Shown here piece by piece: positions 1-10,110 of a stretch of DNA of 64,000 nt. The stretch lies in sequence record DRR378314_1069. One strand, given 5' to 3'. A program made the position numbers and the translations under genes. The notes under the pieces were generated by a model. That model was not told where the DNA came from and searched no databases. It saw only the letters and a program-made list of their open reading frames with translations. Within the stretch, counting starts at the first letter, position 1. The number at the start of each line of letters is the position of its first letter.

Positions 1-842
1 AAATAGCGGTAATCATGCGCTTCTTCTTTGGACCGCATAGACCGGGTTTCCCCTTTTACGCTGTCATAAAGCCGGGTCTCCTGATCTACCGTACCTCCAG
101 CTTCAATAATATCCACCTGGCGATTGGCCTCATAGACAATAGCCTGCTGAATAAACCGGACTGAGTTGATGTTCTTCATTTCACAGCGGGTGCCAAATGG
201 CTCCCCTGGTCGGCGAACGGATACGTTCACATCCGCCCGCATGGAGCCTTCGTCCATATTCCCGTCGCAGGTCCCAAGATAGCGCAGAATGCTCCGCAGT
301 TTTTTGACATATGCAGCAGCTTCTTCGGGAGAGCGCATATCCGGCTCAGAAACGATTTCCATCAAGGCAACCCCGGACCGGTTCAAGTCGATCAGAGACA
401 TGCTGGGATGTTGATCATGCATGCTCTTGCCTGCATCCTGCTCCAAATGCAGGCGGGTAATTCCGATTTCCCGGGATTCGCCGTCTGCAAGGTCGATGGT
501 CAGAACACCTTCCCCGACAATCGGCTGCAGAAACTGACTGATCTGATAGCCCTGCGGCAGATCCGCATAAAAATAGTTCTTCCGATCAAACACGGAATAT
601 TTATTGATTTTCGCTTTCAGGCCAAGTCCTGTGCGAACGGCCTGCTCCACGGCTTTGCGGTTAATGACCGGCAACATGCCAGGCATCGCGGCATCGACAA
701 AAGACACCTGTGTGTTATGCGCGGCCCCATATTCCGTCGCTGACCCCGAAAAGAGCTTCGCGTTGGAGCTGACCTGGGCGTGCACTTCCAGTCCGATGAC
801 AACTTCCCAGTCACCTGTTGCGCCCTGAATAATCATACCCAT
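1..842 (-). CDS. gatB: Asp/Glu-tRNA amidotransferase subunit B (5' part; gene continues off the left edge)
   Basis: Read manually on the minus strand: ATG at 842 gives [24 protein letters not shown]...SKLFS-like N-terminus and [14 protein letters not shown]. Lies directly downstream of gatA. Confidence 0.97.
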   Translation of the reverse strand, partial: MGMIIQGATGDWEVVIGLEVHAQVSSNAKLFSGSATEYGAAHNTQVSFVDAAMPGMLPVINRKAVEQAVRTGLGLKAKINKYSVFDRKNYFYADLPQGYQISQFLQPIVGEGVLTIDLADGESREIGITRLHLEQDAGKSMHDQHPSMSLIDLNRSGVALMEIVSEPDMRSPEEAAAYVKKLRSILRYLGTCDGNMDEGSMRADVNVSVRRPGEPFGTRCEMKNINSVRFIQQAIVYEANRQVDIIEAGGTVDQETRLYDSVKGETRSMRSKEEAHDYRY

Positions 843-844
843 TG

Positions 845-2323
845 TTAGCCCCTCCACCAAGCTTCTGGTGTTGCTGTAAAGTCAGCGGCATCTTCCAATA
901 CACCAGCTGTCCGAATAACAGTTTCCTCATCGAATGGGCGCCCCAAAAGCTGCAAACCAAGTGGCAACCCATTGGATGACAACCCCGCCGGAATTGAAAT
1001 CCCTGGCAGTCCGGCCAAACTGGCAGGAACCGTAAAGACATCATTGAGATACATTTCAAGGGGATCTTCGCCCTTCTCGCCCACCGCAAAGGCTGCGCTT
1101 GGGGCCGTCGGGGTCAAAATCGTATCAACCGTTTTGAACGCTTCCTTGAAATCATCTGCAATCCGAGTGCGGACTTTCTGCGCTTTCAGGTAATAGGCAT
1201 CATAATACCCAGCGGACAAGGCATAGGTTCCGATCAGAATGCGGCGCTTGACCTCATCACCGAAGCCAGCTTCCCGGGTCCGGGAATACATATCCGCAAG
1301 ATCTTCACCTTCCACCCGAAGGCCGTATCGAACCCCATCATAGCGCGCCAGATTACTGGAGGCTTCTGCGGGTGCCACGATATAATAAGCTGGCAGCGCA
1401 TATTTCGTATGCGGCAGGCTGATCTCAACTATTTCCGCGCCGGCAGCTTTCAACCAGTCAATACCCTGATCCCAGAGCCTGGCGATTTCATCGCTCATAC
1501 CATCAATCCGGTATTCTTTGGGAATGCCGATTTTCAATCCCCGAACATCACCGGTTAAAGCCGCTTCAAAATTGGGAACCGCCATATCTACGCTGGTGCT
1601 GTCTTTCGCATCAAAGCCAGCCATGGCTTCAAGCATAATTGCCGCGTCCTGAACGCTCCGGGTCATGGGGCCCGCCTGATCCAGGCTGGAGGCAAACGCA
1701 ACCACACCCCAACGCGAGCAGCGACCATATGTTGGTTTCATGCCAACGATCCCGGTAAATGCAGCCGGCTGGCGGATAGACCCACCAGTATCTGTTCCAG
1801 TTGCGCCCATCGCGATGTGAGAAGAAACTGCAGTTGCAGATCCACCAGAAGATCCCCCGGGGACCAATGGCTGATCATCTTCAGTGCGGCGCCAGGGGTT
1901 AATGACATTCCCGTAATAACTGGTTTCATTGGATGAGCCCATAGCGAACTCATCCAGGTTCACCTTACCCAGCATTACCGCGCCTTCATTCCAAAGATTG
2001 GTAGTCACTGTACTTTCATACTGCGGCTTAAACCCATCCAGAATGTGCGAGGCTGCGGTTGTTAATGTGCCTTCGGTACAAAACAGGTCCTTGATGGCAA
2101 GCGGAATTCCTTCCATCTTGCCGCTTTCCCCTTTTGCCAGTCGATCATCGGAGGCAGTTGCCCCCGCTATCGCTTTTTCAGGCGTTTCCGTAATATAGGC
2201 ATTCAAGCCTTTTGCACTTTCCATGGCCGTAATATGGGCCGCAGTCAGTTCCACGGACGAAAATTTCTTCGCCTGCAAGCCATCACGAGCTTGGGCGATC
2301 GTCAGTTTTGTTAAATCACTCAT
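845..2323 (-). CDS. gatA: Asp/Glu-tRNA amidotransferase subunit A
   Basis: Amidase signature [19 protein letters not shown] and [11 protein letters not shown]; lies between gatC and gatB. Confidence 0.98.
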   Translation of the reverse strand: MSDLTKLTIAQARDGLQAKKFSSVELTAAHITAMESAKGLNAYITETPEKAIAGATASDDRLAKGESGKMEGIPLAIKDLFCTEGTLTTAASHILDGFKPQYESTVTTNLWNEGAVMLGKVNLDEFAMGSSNETSYYGNVINPWRRTEDDQPLVPGGSSGGSATAVSSHIAMGATGTDTGGSIRQPAAFTGIVGMKPTYGRCSRWGVVAFASSLDQAGPMTRSVQDAAIMLEAMAGFDAKDSTSVDMAVPNFEAALTGDVRGLKIGIPKEYRIDGMSDEIARLWDQGIDWLKAAGAEIVEISLPHTKYALPAYYIVAPAEASSNLARYDGVRYGLRVEGEDLADMYSRTREAGFGDEVKRRILIGTYALSAGYYDAYYLKAQKVRTRIADDFKEAFKTVDTILTPTAPSAAFAVGEKGEDPLEMYLNDVFTVPASLAGLPGISIPAGLSSNGLPLGLQLLGRPFDEETVIRTAGVLEDAADFTATPEAWWRG

Positions 2324-2610
2324 TACTCAATCACCTTCGGTACACCAAAGAAACCATCCACTTCAGATGGTGCGTTTGCGACAACCTTTTCCTGATAGCC
2401 GCCATCAGTGATTTGGTCATCCCGCCAGCGCAGTTGCATTTCCGCAACCGACGTCATGGGCGCGACATCGTCAGTGTCCACCTCACCCAGCTGTTCAACC
2501 CAGCCAAGGATGGAGTTCAGTTCGCTAGCCAGATCCTCAAGGTCTTTTTCTTCAACCCTAATTCTGGCCAGATTGGCTACTTTTGCCACAGTGGCTTTAT
2601 CAAGCGACAT
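2323..2610 (-). CDS. gatC: Asp/Glu-tRNA amidotransferase subunit C
   Basis: 95 aa; KVANLARI...NAP...FFGVPKVIE; 1-nt overlap with the gatA start. Confidence 0.97.
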   Translation of the reverse strand: MSLDKATVAKVANLARIRVEEKDLEDLASELNSILGWVEQLGEVDTDDVAPMTSVAEMQLRWRDDQITDGGYQEKVVANAPSEVDGFFGVPKVIE

Positions 2611-2719
2611 GTGTCACCCTTTGTTGTATTAAGATGCGAATTCCGGATGGTCGGCCCGGAACTGCAGGAACTTATCTCCAGAAGGCCAAACCGACGATGG
2701 CCGCAAATTAGCGCAACCT

Positions 2720-3175
2720 ATGCTCCTCGGCAACCCCAGTCATCTGAAACATTTTATTGCACTCGATCAGCGTCTCCTTGGTTTTGACCCTGGAACCAAA
2801 ACACTGGGCGTTGCAATTTCAGATACCTCCTTAAAAGTGGCGACGCCCCTGATAACAATCCAGCGAAAAAAATTTCGCGATGATGTTGTCGAAATCCAGA
2901 AAGTTGTCGACGAATATAAAATCGGAGGCTTTGTCATTGGACTGCCCCTCAATATGGACGGATCGGAAGGGCCCAGAGCCCAATCCTGCAGACAATTTCA
3001 AAAGAATCTGGAAGGTGCATTTGACCTGCCTGCCTGTTTTTGGGATGAACGCCTTTCGACCGTTGCCGTGACACGCACTCTGCTGGATGCAGACACCTCC
3101 CGAAAAAGACGCAGTGAGGTTGTTGATAAAATGGCAGCGGCTTTCATTCTTCAAGGTGCACTTGATTCTTTATGA
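2720..3175 (+). CDS. ruvX: RuvX/YqgF family nuclease (pre-16S rRNA processing)
   Basis: GFDPGTKTLGVAISD, GLPLNMDGSEG, DERLST and DKMAAAFILQ motifs. Confidence 0.93.
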   Translation: MLLGNPSHLKHFIALDQRLLGFDPGTKTLGVAISDTSLKVATPLITIQRKKFRDDVVEIQKVVDEYKIGGFVIGLPLNMDGSEGPRAQSCRQFQKNLEGAFDLPACFWDERLSTVAVTRTLLDADTSRKRRSEVVDKMAAAFILQGALDSL

Positions 3176-3224
3176 GCCTAAATTACCGCTGATCAAAGGA
3201 TTCAAATTTTACCAAAAGTTAGAG

Positions 3225-3255
3225 TTGCCCGAAACAGATCTGTGGCGTATATAAT
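3225..3255 (+). promoter_or_regulatory. Putative sigma70 promoter of pyrB
   Basis: TTGCCC at 3225-3230 and TATATAAT at 3248-3255. The ATG is 10 nt downstream and has no Shine-Dalgarno. Confidence 0.55.
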
Positions 3256-3264
3256 GCCCCTTTA

Positions 3265-4212
3265 ATGACACAGTTTGAACAACACCAATTTGCCCACCGG
3301 CATCTGCTTGATATTGCCCGCCTTTCGGTCAGCGATATCAATCTTCTTTTAGATACCGCAGAAACCTACGTGGACAAATCTCGAACCGGCGACAAGAAAC
3401 TATCTCTGTTGCGGGGTCGAACCCAAATCAACCTTTTCTTTGAGAACTCCACCCGAACCCGGACGTCATTTGAACTTGCGGGTAAACGGTTGGGAGCAGA
3501 CGTTATCAATATGTCTGTGAGTTCCAGTTCGGTAAAGAAAGGGGAGACTTTAATCGATACAGCCATGACACTTAATGCCATGCATCCCGATGTGCTGGTG
3601 GTTCGACATTCAGATTCCGGCGCGCCGCATTTGCTGTCTCAGAAGGTCGACTGTGCTGTAATCAACGGCGGCGATGGCAGCCATGAACATCCTACTCAGG
3701 CCCTTCTGGATGCCCTCACAATTCGCAACCGAAAAGGCAAGATTGCCGGACTGACCGTCGCCATTTGCGGTGATATTCTGCACAGCCGGGTCGCCAGATC
3801 CAATATTGCCCTGCTAAACATCATGGGCGCGAGAGTCCGCATTGTTGGTCCCCCGACCCTGATCCCGTCCAATGCCAAGACATTAGGCGTGGAAGTTTAT
3901 CACAGCATGCGGGACGGATTGAAAGATGCGGATATTGTGATGATGCTCAGACTTCAGACCGAGCGGATGCAAGGTGCCTATGTGCCCTCTATCCGGGAGT
4001 ATTTTCACTTTTATGGCCTGGACAAACAAAAGCTGTCGGTCGCAAAAGATGACGCGCATATCATGCATCCTGGTCCGATGAACCGAGGGGTCGAGATCGA
4101 TTCTGAATTGGCGGATGATTTGAATATCAGTGCAATTTCCGAACAGGTGGAAATGGGTGTCGCTGTTCGCATGGCCTGTCTGGATGTTCTAACCCGGGGG
4201 AATGATCAATGA
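3265..4212 (+). CDS. pyrB: Aspartate carbamoyltransferase catalytic subunit
   Basis: [27 protein letters not shown] and [11 protein letters not shown] motifs. Confidence 0.98.
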   Translation: MTQFEQHQFAHRHLLDIARLSVSDINLLLDTAETYVDKSRTGDKKLSLLRGRTQINLFFENSTRTRTSFELAGKRLGADVINMSVSSSSVKKGETLIDTAMTLNAMHPDVLVVRHSDSGAPHLLSQKVDCAVINGGDGSHEHPTQALLDALTIRNRKGKIAGLTVAICGDILHSRVARSNIALLNIMGARVRIVGPPTLIPSNAKTLGVEVYHSMRDGLKDADIVMMLRLQTERMQGAYVPSIREYFHFYGLDKQKLSVAKDDAHIMHPGPMNRGVEIDSELADDLNISAISEQVEMGVAVRMACLDVLTRGNDQ

Positions 4213-5507
4213 GCGAAAACAGCATTGCCATTCTGAACGCCCGCCTTCTGGATCCAGCAACGAACACTGATACGGTTGGCGGCGTCCTGATCGAAGAGGG
4301 GTTGATCAAGGATTGGGGCGCCCACCTGAACGCCGACGCCCTGCCCCGCGATATCTCCGTTATTGATGCAAACGGATGTTGCCTGATCCCTGGATTAGTC
4401 GATGCACATGCTTATTTATGTGAACCGGGAAAAGAACACCGGGAAACCATGGCCACCGCCGGATTAGCCGCGGCGGCCGGTGGGATTACCACTCTCAATG
4501 CCTTTCCCGCGACCGAGCCTGTTATTGACGATCCGTCATTGGTCGAAATGGTCAAGCGCCGTGCATTGGAGACCTGCCCGGTCAATATATGCATTACCGG
4601 TGCATTGTCAAAAGGCCTTAAAGGCACCGAAATGGCGGAGCTTGGCTTACTTTCAGAAGCGGGGGTCGTTGCCTTCAGTGATGGCCAGTTCGCCATTTCC
4701 GATATCAACCTGATGAAGCGGGCCCTGTCCTACTCAACTCTTTTTGACAAGCCAATCATTGTTCACGCGGAAGAGCCAAACCTCGCCGGTGATGGCGTTA
4801 TGACTGGTGGGCGCACAGCGACTTTCATGGGGCTGAAATCCATTCCCGCCTGCGCAGAAGCCATTTTGGTGGAGCGCGATATTCGCCTTGCCGCCATGAC
4901 CGGCGCCAAGTGGCATGCCGCCCATTTAAGCACGGCTGATGCCCTCAACTCGATCCGGCGGGCAAAAGACCAGCAGATTTCTGTCACCGCAGGTACCGCC
5001 CCGCATTATCACGCCCTGAACGATCTGGAAGTTGGCGAATATCGAACTTTCGCCCGGGTTTCCCCGCCACTTCGCACAGAAGAAGACCGAATGGCCGTTG
5101 TGCAAGCGCTGGCCGATGGCACACTTGATGTCATTTCATCCCAACACTTGCCGCAAAGTGCAGATAGCAAGCGTCTACCATTTGCACAGGCCAAACCGGG
5201 AGTTAGTGGTTTAGAAACGCTATTACCGGTCAGCCTGCGTCTTTATCACAATCAGCAAATGGATCTGTTACCACTTCTTCGAACAATGACCGTCGCGCCT
5301 GCTCAATTGCTAGGACTGGATAAAGGACGCATCGAAAAAGGAAAAGCAGCCGACCTTTGCCTGATTGATCTGAACAAACCTTGGCAGGTTGTTGGAACTG
5401 ATTTACTGTCAAAATCAAAAAATACGGCCTTTGATGGACACCTGCTGCAAGGCAAGGTCTTAAAAACATGGGTTGGTGGCAAATGCATTTTTGACGGGGG
5501 AGTTTAA
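4209..5507 (+). CDS. pyrC: Dihydroorotase-family protein, probably inactive PyrC' (structural partner of ATCase)
   Basis: Amidohydrolase fold with an ATGA overlap with pyrB. The HxH motif reads HAY and the catalytic DHAPH reads QHLPQ. Confidence 0.85.
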   Translation: MSENSIAILNARLLDPATNTDTVGGVLIEEGLIKDWGAHLNADALPRDISVIDANGCCLIPGLVDAHAYLCEPGKEHRETMATAGLAAAAGGITTLNAFPATEPVIDDPSLVEMVKRRALETCPVNICITGALSKGLKGTEMAELGLLSEAGVVAFSDGQFAISDINLMKRALSYSTLFDKPIIVHAEEPNLAGDGVMTGGRTATFMGLKSIPACAEAILVERDIRLAAMTGAKWHAAHLSTADALNSIRRAKDQQISVTAGTAPHYHALNDLEVGEYRTFARVSPPLRTEEDRMAVVQALADGTLDVISSQHLPQSADSKRLPFAQAKPGVSGLETLLPVSLRLYHNQQMDLLPLLRTMTVAPAQLLGLDKGRIEKGKAADLCLIDLNKPWQVVGTDLLSKSKNTAFDGHLLQGKVLKTWVGGKCIFDGGV

Positions 5508-5509
5508 AC

Positions 5510-6163
5510 ATGCCGGAGCCTTTGGGAGATTTCAGCTTTACTTGGCCGTTTCTGGCAGCGGCTTTAATCGGCTATCTAATAGGCTCCATCCCTTTTGGGC
5601 TTGTGCTGACGCGTCTAGCTGGCCTTGGTGATATTCGGCAAATCGGTTCCGGTAATATCGGGACAACAAATGTCCTTCGCACAGGAAACAAGTTTCTCGC
5701 ACTTTTGACCTTGCTGCTGGATGGCGGTAAGGGCGCGTTGGTTGTCATTCTTGCCAATCTCTATTTGACGCAGGATTACGCCGTACTTGCCGGTGGGGGC
5801 GCCTTTTTAGGACATTTATTTCCCATCTGGCTGAGATTTAAAGGGGGTAAAGGGGTTGCGACTTTTCTGGGTGTTATGCTGGCTATTTCGTGGCCCGCTG
5901 GCCTGGCGGCGGCGCTAACCTGGCTGGCCGTTGCCTTAATTTTCAGAATTTCATCCCTGTCTGCCCTTATCTCCGCCACACTGGCACCTTGCTATCTTTA
6001 CTTCCTCTCCCTCAATCCAGTGAATGAAACCATATATTACGGTGATTTACAGCGGATCGAGTTGAGCATTTTCATGGCGATCCTGATTTTCATCCGCCAT
6101 CACGAAAACATCCGCCGCCTGCTAAAAGGGGAAGAGCCGAAAATCGGCAGGAAAAAATCGTAA
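5510..6163 (+). CDS. plsY: Glycerol-3-phosphate acyltransferase
   Basis: YLIGSIPFG, GSGNIGTTNVLR, GHLFP..FKGGKGVAT and RHHENIRRL motifs. Confidence 0.97.
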   Translation: MPEPLGDFSFTWPFLAAALIGYLIGSIPFGLVLTRLAGLGDIRQIGSGNIGTTNVLRTGNKFLALLTLLLDGGKGALVVILANLYLTQDYAVLAGGGAFLGHLFPIWLRFKGGKGVATFLGVMLAISWPAGLAAALTWLAVALIFRISSLSALISATLAPCYLYFLSLNPVNETIYYGDLQRIELSIFMAILIFIRHHENIRRLLKGEEPKIGRKKS

Positions 6164-6228
6164 ATCATTGATTTTAAATAATAATACTTTTTAAAATAAT
6201 TTGACGGGCGATTTTATTGTTTTACTAT
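6161..6228 (+). promoter_or_regulatory. IHF-like site plus sigma70 promoter of dprA
   Basis: 6161-6173 reads AATCAATGATTTA on the minus strand, matching WATCAANNNNTTR. An AT-rich UP-like tract precedes TTGACG(6201)-N16-TACTAT(6223). Confidence 0.6.
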
Positions 6229-6234
6229 TCCCTT

Positions 6235-7356
6235 ATGAATAGTGAAAAAGCCCTGTCGGCTGAGGAAAAACTGGACTGGCTGCAACTGATCCGATCTGAA
6301 AATGTCGGGCCGGTTACGTTTCAGCATTTACTTGCGCGGTTCAAAACAGCAGATTGTGCTCTAGAAAAGATCCCCCAGCTTGCGGAAAAAGGCGGGGCAA
6401 AGCGCAAAATTCACATTCATCCAAGAAAGCGGGCAAAGGATGAGTTTAGAGCCCTAACAGATATGGGCGGGGAACTGATCACGACGATCGAGCCAGAATA
6501 TCCAAGCCTTCTTCGTCAAATATATGATCCACCGCCCGTTATCTCTATTCTTGGTCACAAAAATCTGCTGGAAAAACATATTCTTGGAATTGTTGGATCG
6601 CGAAATGCATCTGCAGTCGCGCGAAAACTAACAGACACACTTGCCAGAGATCTCGGGCAAGCTGGCCTGAATATTGCTTCTGGTCTGGCTCGCGGCATTG
6701 ACAGTGCCGCTCATCAAGCTGCCCTTGAGACGGGCACCCTGGCGATTGTCGGCGGCGGGGTTGATGTTGTCTATCCAAAAGAGAATCAGGATCTACACGA
6801 TCAAATCCGGAACCGCGGATGTATCATTGCCGAGCAACCACTTGGCACCCAACCCCAAGCCCGTCATTTTCCAAGACGCAACCGAATTATCTCTGGTGTC
6901 AGTCTTGGCATTCTTGTGGTTGAAGCCGCCCCAAAATCAGGATCGTTGATTACCGCCCGCATGGCAGCCGATCAAGGTCGCGAAGTCTTTGCCATTCCAG
7001 GCTCACCCATGGATCCAAGAGCTAAAGGCACCAACAACCTGATCCGGAATGGGGCGCTACTGGTTGAATCGGCTGCGGAAATTCTGCAGGAAATCAACCG
7101 CTTCATGGACCATCCCGTTCGGGAACCCGAACCTTTAATGTTACCCCTTTTCAATCAACCGTCAGAGGAGGAGGTTATTTCAGATAACGCGCGGAATTCC
7201 ATAAGCATTCTCTTAAGTCCAACCCCTGTCGAGACAGACGATCTGATCCGGCAATCAGACCTTTCTCCCGCAACGGTTTTAACGATTTTACTTGAACTAG
7301 AGCTCGCAGGCAGACTAGAACGCCATTTTGGAAACAGGGTTTCCTTGATCGACTAG
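6235..7356 (+). CDS. dprA: DNA-processing protein DprA
   Basis: IVGSRNAS, SGLARGID, FPRRNRIISG and SGSLITA motifs plus a C-terminal winged helix. ATG 6235 is preferred over TTG 6217. Confidence 0.96.
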   Translation: MNSEKALSAEEKLDWLQLIRSENVGPVTFQHLLARFKTADCALEKIPQLAEKGGAKRKIHIHPRKRAKDEFRALTDMGGELITTIEPEYPSLLRQIYDPPPVISILGHKNLLEKHILGIVGSRNASAVARKLTDTLARDLGQAGLNIASGLARGIDSAAHQAALETGTLAIVGGGVDVVYPKENQDLHDQIRNRGCIIAEQPLGTQPQARHFPRRNRIISGVSLGILVVEAAPKSGSLITARMAADQGREVFAIPGSPMDPRAKGTNNLIRNGALLVESAAEILQEINRFMDHPVREPEPLMLPLFNQPSEEEVISDNARNSISILLSPTPVETDDLIRQSDLSPATVLTILLELELAGRLERHFGNRVSLID

Positions 7357-7425
7357 CGTCTCTATATATGGCAAGGAGCTATATTAAGAGTGACTGGAAC
7401 CAGATAAAAACCTGTGGTGTCTTTT

Positions 7426-10041
7426 ATGAATGTCGTCGTTGTTGAGTCCCCGGCTAAAGCAAAAACCATAAACAAGTATCTCGGTAAGGATTACACCGTA
7501 CTTGCCTCTTATGGCCATATCCGAGATCTGCCATCTAAAGATGGATCCGTGGAACCGGAACAAGATTTCGCGATGCATTATCAAACAGACGCCAAATCGA
7601 CCAAACACATCAAAGCCATTGCAGATGCGCTTAAAGGGGCTGAAAACCTATACCTCGCCACTGACCCGGATCGCGAAGGCGAAGCCATTGCCTGGCACGT
7701 TCTGCAAGTCATGCAGGAAAAGAAGAAGCTGAAAGATACCCAGGTCAGCCGGGTTGTGTTTAATGAAATTACCAAAAAAGCGGTTCTGGATGGGATCGCC
7801 AATCCGCGTGAGCTGGACATGAACCTGGTTAATGCACAGCAGGCGCGCCGTGCATTGGATTATCTGGTGGGTTTCACGCTCTCTCCTGTTCTCTGGCGCA
7901 AACTACCTGGTGCCAAGTCGGCTGGACGGGTTCAGTCTGTTGCGCTTCGGCTCATTTGTGAGCGGGAACTTGAAATCGAAGCCTTTGTTCCTGAGGAATA
8001 CTGGACGATCGATGCAGATTTTAAAACACCGGATGCCAAAGAAATAACGGCCCGCCTGACCCGGCTTAAGGGGGAGAAGGTTGAAAAATTCACCTTATCC
8101 AATGAAGAACTGGCCAAAGCTGCAGGCGTTGCCGTGCGCAGCGGCTCCTTTACCGTAGCCGCTGTTGCTAAAAAACCGGCCAAACGAAATCCGTCACCGC
8201 CCTTCACTACATCTACGCTTCAGCAGGAAGCCTCTCGCAAACTGGGCTTTGGTGCCAAGCGGACCATGTCTGCGGCTCAAAAACTTTATGAAGGGTTCGA
8301 CATTGGTGGAGAGACCACCGGCCTGATCACTTATATGCGGACAGATGGCGTAACATTGGCCGGAGAAGCAATCGCCTCCTGCCGCTCTGTTATCGCATCC
8401 GAATATGGTGATGAATATGTTCCCGGCTCCCCCCGGCAATATAAAACCAAATCCAAAAACGCTCAGGAAGCGCATGAGGCAATCCGGCCAACGGATATGA
8501 GCCGCACGCCCAAAATGATGGCAAAATACCTGGATGCGGAACATCTGAAACTCTACGAACTGATCTGGAAACGGACCATCGCAAGTCAAATGGAAAGCGC
8601 CCAGTTGGAGCGCACTTCAATTGATTTTGCAGATGGCGCCGGTCAAGAGCTTCGAGCCACCGGGAGCGTTGTCCGCTTTCCCGGCTTTTTAAAGCTGTAT
8701 GAAGAGGGCCAGGACGATAAGCTGGACGATCAAGACGGCAAACGCCTTCCCGCCGTTAAAGAGGGAGAGGCAATGGACACGCTGGATGTTCGCGAAGATC
8801 AGCATTTCACAGAACCGGCGCCGCGCTACACGGAAGCCAGCCTGGTTAAAAAACTGGAAGAGCTGGGTATCGGCCGTCCATCCACCTATGCATCCATTAT
8901 TTCGGTTCTGCAGGATCGGGACTATGTAAAGCTGGATCAGAAGCGCTTTATCCCTGAAGACAAGGGGCAGCTTGTAACCGCATTCCTCTCCTCTTTCTTT
9001 ACGCGATATGTGGAATATGATTTTACCGCTCAGCTTGAAGAACGGCTTGATGAAGTTTCCGACTCAAAAATTGACTGGAAACAGGTGCTCCGCGATTTCT
9101 GGAACGATTTCACTGTTTCTGTAGAGGGAACATCCGAGCTTCGTGTTGCAGATGTTCTGGAAGAATTAAACCGGGTTCTAGGACCGCATATTTTCCCGCC
9201 TAAGGAAGATGGCGGCGATCCACGAGGATGCCCAAAATGTGATGAAGGGCGCCTGAGCCTGAAAACTGGCCGCTTCGGGGCATTTATTGGGTGTTCCAAC
9301 TATCCTGATTGCCGTTATACTCGGCAGCTCGGCGCAACCGAGGAGGAAGCGGAAGCCACACAGGATGATGGACCGCGCATTCTGGGTATTGAGCCCAAAA
9401 GTGGACTTGAAATTTCCTTGCGCAAAGGTCCTTATGGACCTTACCTGCAATTAGGAGAAGCGGAACCCAAGAAGAAACCCAAGCGGGTTTCTATTCCCAA
9501 GGATATTTCGATTGAAGATGTTGATCTGGAAATTGCACTGCAATTGATCTCTCTCCCGCGTGAGATCGGCGCGCATCCGGAAACGGGTACAATGATCACC
9601 GCCAACCTTGGTCGCTACGGCCCTTATGTGGAATGCGACAAGAAATATGGCAAACTATCCAGTGGTATGGAGGTTTTGACCGTTGGCATGAACCGCGCGG
9701 TTGAACTCCTTGCGGCAAGCAAAACTCGCGGCGGCGGGCGCGCAGCCCCTCCTCTTAGAGTAATTGGTCCGCACCCGGATGACGCAGCGGATATCAATGT
9801 CAAGGATGGACGGTACGGGCCATATGTCACCCATGGCGGCATCAATGCAACTATTCCAAAATCATCCGACCCGATGACGATCACATTGGAAGAGGCTGTA
9901 AAATTATTGGCTGAGCGAGCTGAAAAAGCTGGTAAGAAGCCAAAGAAAGCACCCGCCAAAGCCAAGGCGAGTGCGAAGAAAAAGACGGCTGCAAAGAAAC
10001 CTGCTAGCAAAAAGGCTGCAGCTTCCAAATCTGCGTCTTAA
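7426..10041 (+). CDS. topA: DNA topoisomerase I (type IA) with Zn ribbon, C-terminal repeats and Lys/Ala-rich tail
   Basis: VVESPAKAKTI, ATDPDREGEAI, SAGRVQS, LITYMRTD and CPKC...GCSNYPDC motifs. Confidence 0.98.
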   Translation: MNVVVVESPAKAKTINKYLGKDYTVLASYGHIRDLPSKDGSVEPEQDFAMHYQTDAKSTKHIKAIADALKGAENLYLATDPDREGEAIAWHVLQVMQEKKKLKDTQVSRVVFNEITKKAVLDGIANPRELDMNLVNAQQARRALDYLVGFTLSPVLWRKLPGAKSAGRVQSVALRLICERELEIEAFVPEEYWTIDADFKTPDAKEITARLTRLKGEKVEKFTLSNEELAKAAGVAVRSGSFTVAAVAKKPAKRNPSPPFTTSTLQQEASRKLGFGAKRTMSAAQKLYEGFDIGGETTGLITYMRTDGVTLAGEAIASCRSVIASEYGDEYVPGSPRQYKTKSKNAQEAHEAIRPTDMSRTPKMMAKYLDAEHLKLYELIWKRTIASQMESAQLERTSIDFADGAGQELRATGSVVRFPGFLKLYEEGQDDKLDDQDGKRLPAVKEGEAMDTLDVREDQHFTEPAPRYTEASLVKKLEELGIGRPSTYASIISVLQDRDYVKLDQKRFIPEDKGQLVTAFLSSFFTRYVEYDFTAQLEERLDEVSDSKIDWKQVLRDFWNDFTVSVEGTSELRVADVLEELNRVLGPHIFPPKEDGGDPRGCPKCDEGRLSLKTGRFGAFIGCSNYPDCRYTRQLGATEEEAEATQDDGPRILGIEPKSGLEISLRKGPYGPYLQLGEAEPKKKPKRVSIPKDISIEDVDLEIALQLISLPREIGAHPETGTMITANLGRYGPYVECDKKYGKLSSGMEVLTVGMNRAVELLAASKTRGGGRAAPPLRVIGPHPDDAADINVKDGRYGPYVTHGGINATIPKSSDPMTITLEEAVKLLAERAEKAGKKPKKAPAKAKASAKKKTAAKKPASKKAAASKSAS

Positions 10042-10110
10042 AGATGAGATCACTGGGTTGACCATTCGTCCAGAGGCAAACATGCGGGCTTCCCGCGGAA
10101 ATCGGCAAAC

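Noticed and set aside
9925..10041. Lys/Ala-rich low-complexity repeats at the end of topA (and the basic tail of rnr)
   Set aside because: These are protein-level basic tails known in these families, not DNA repeats.
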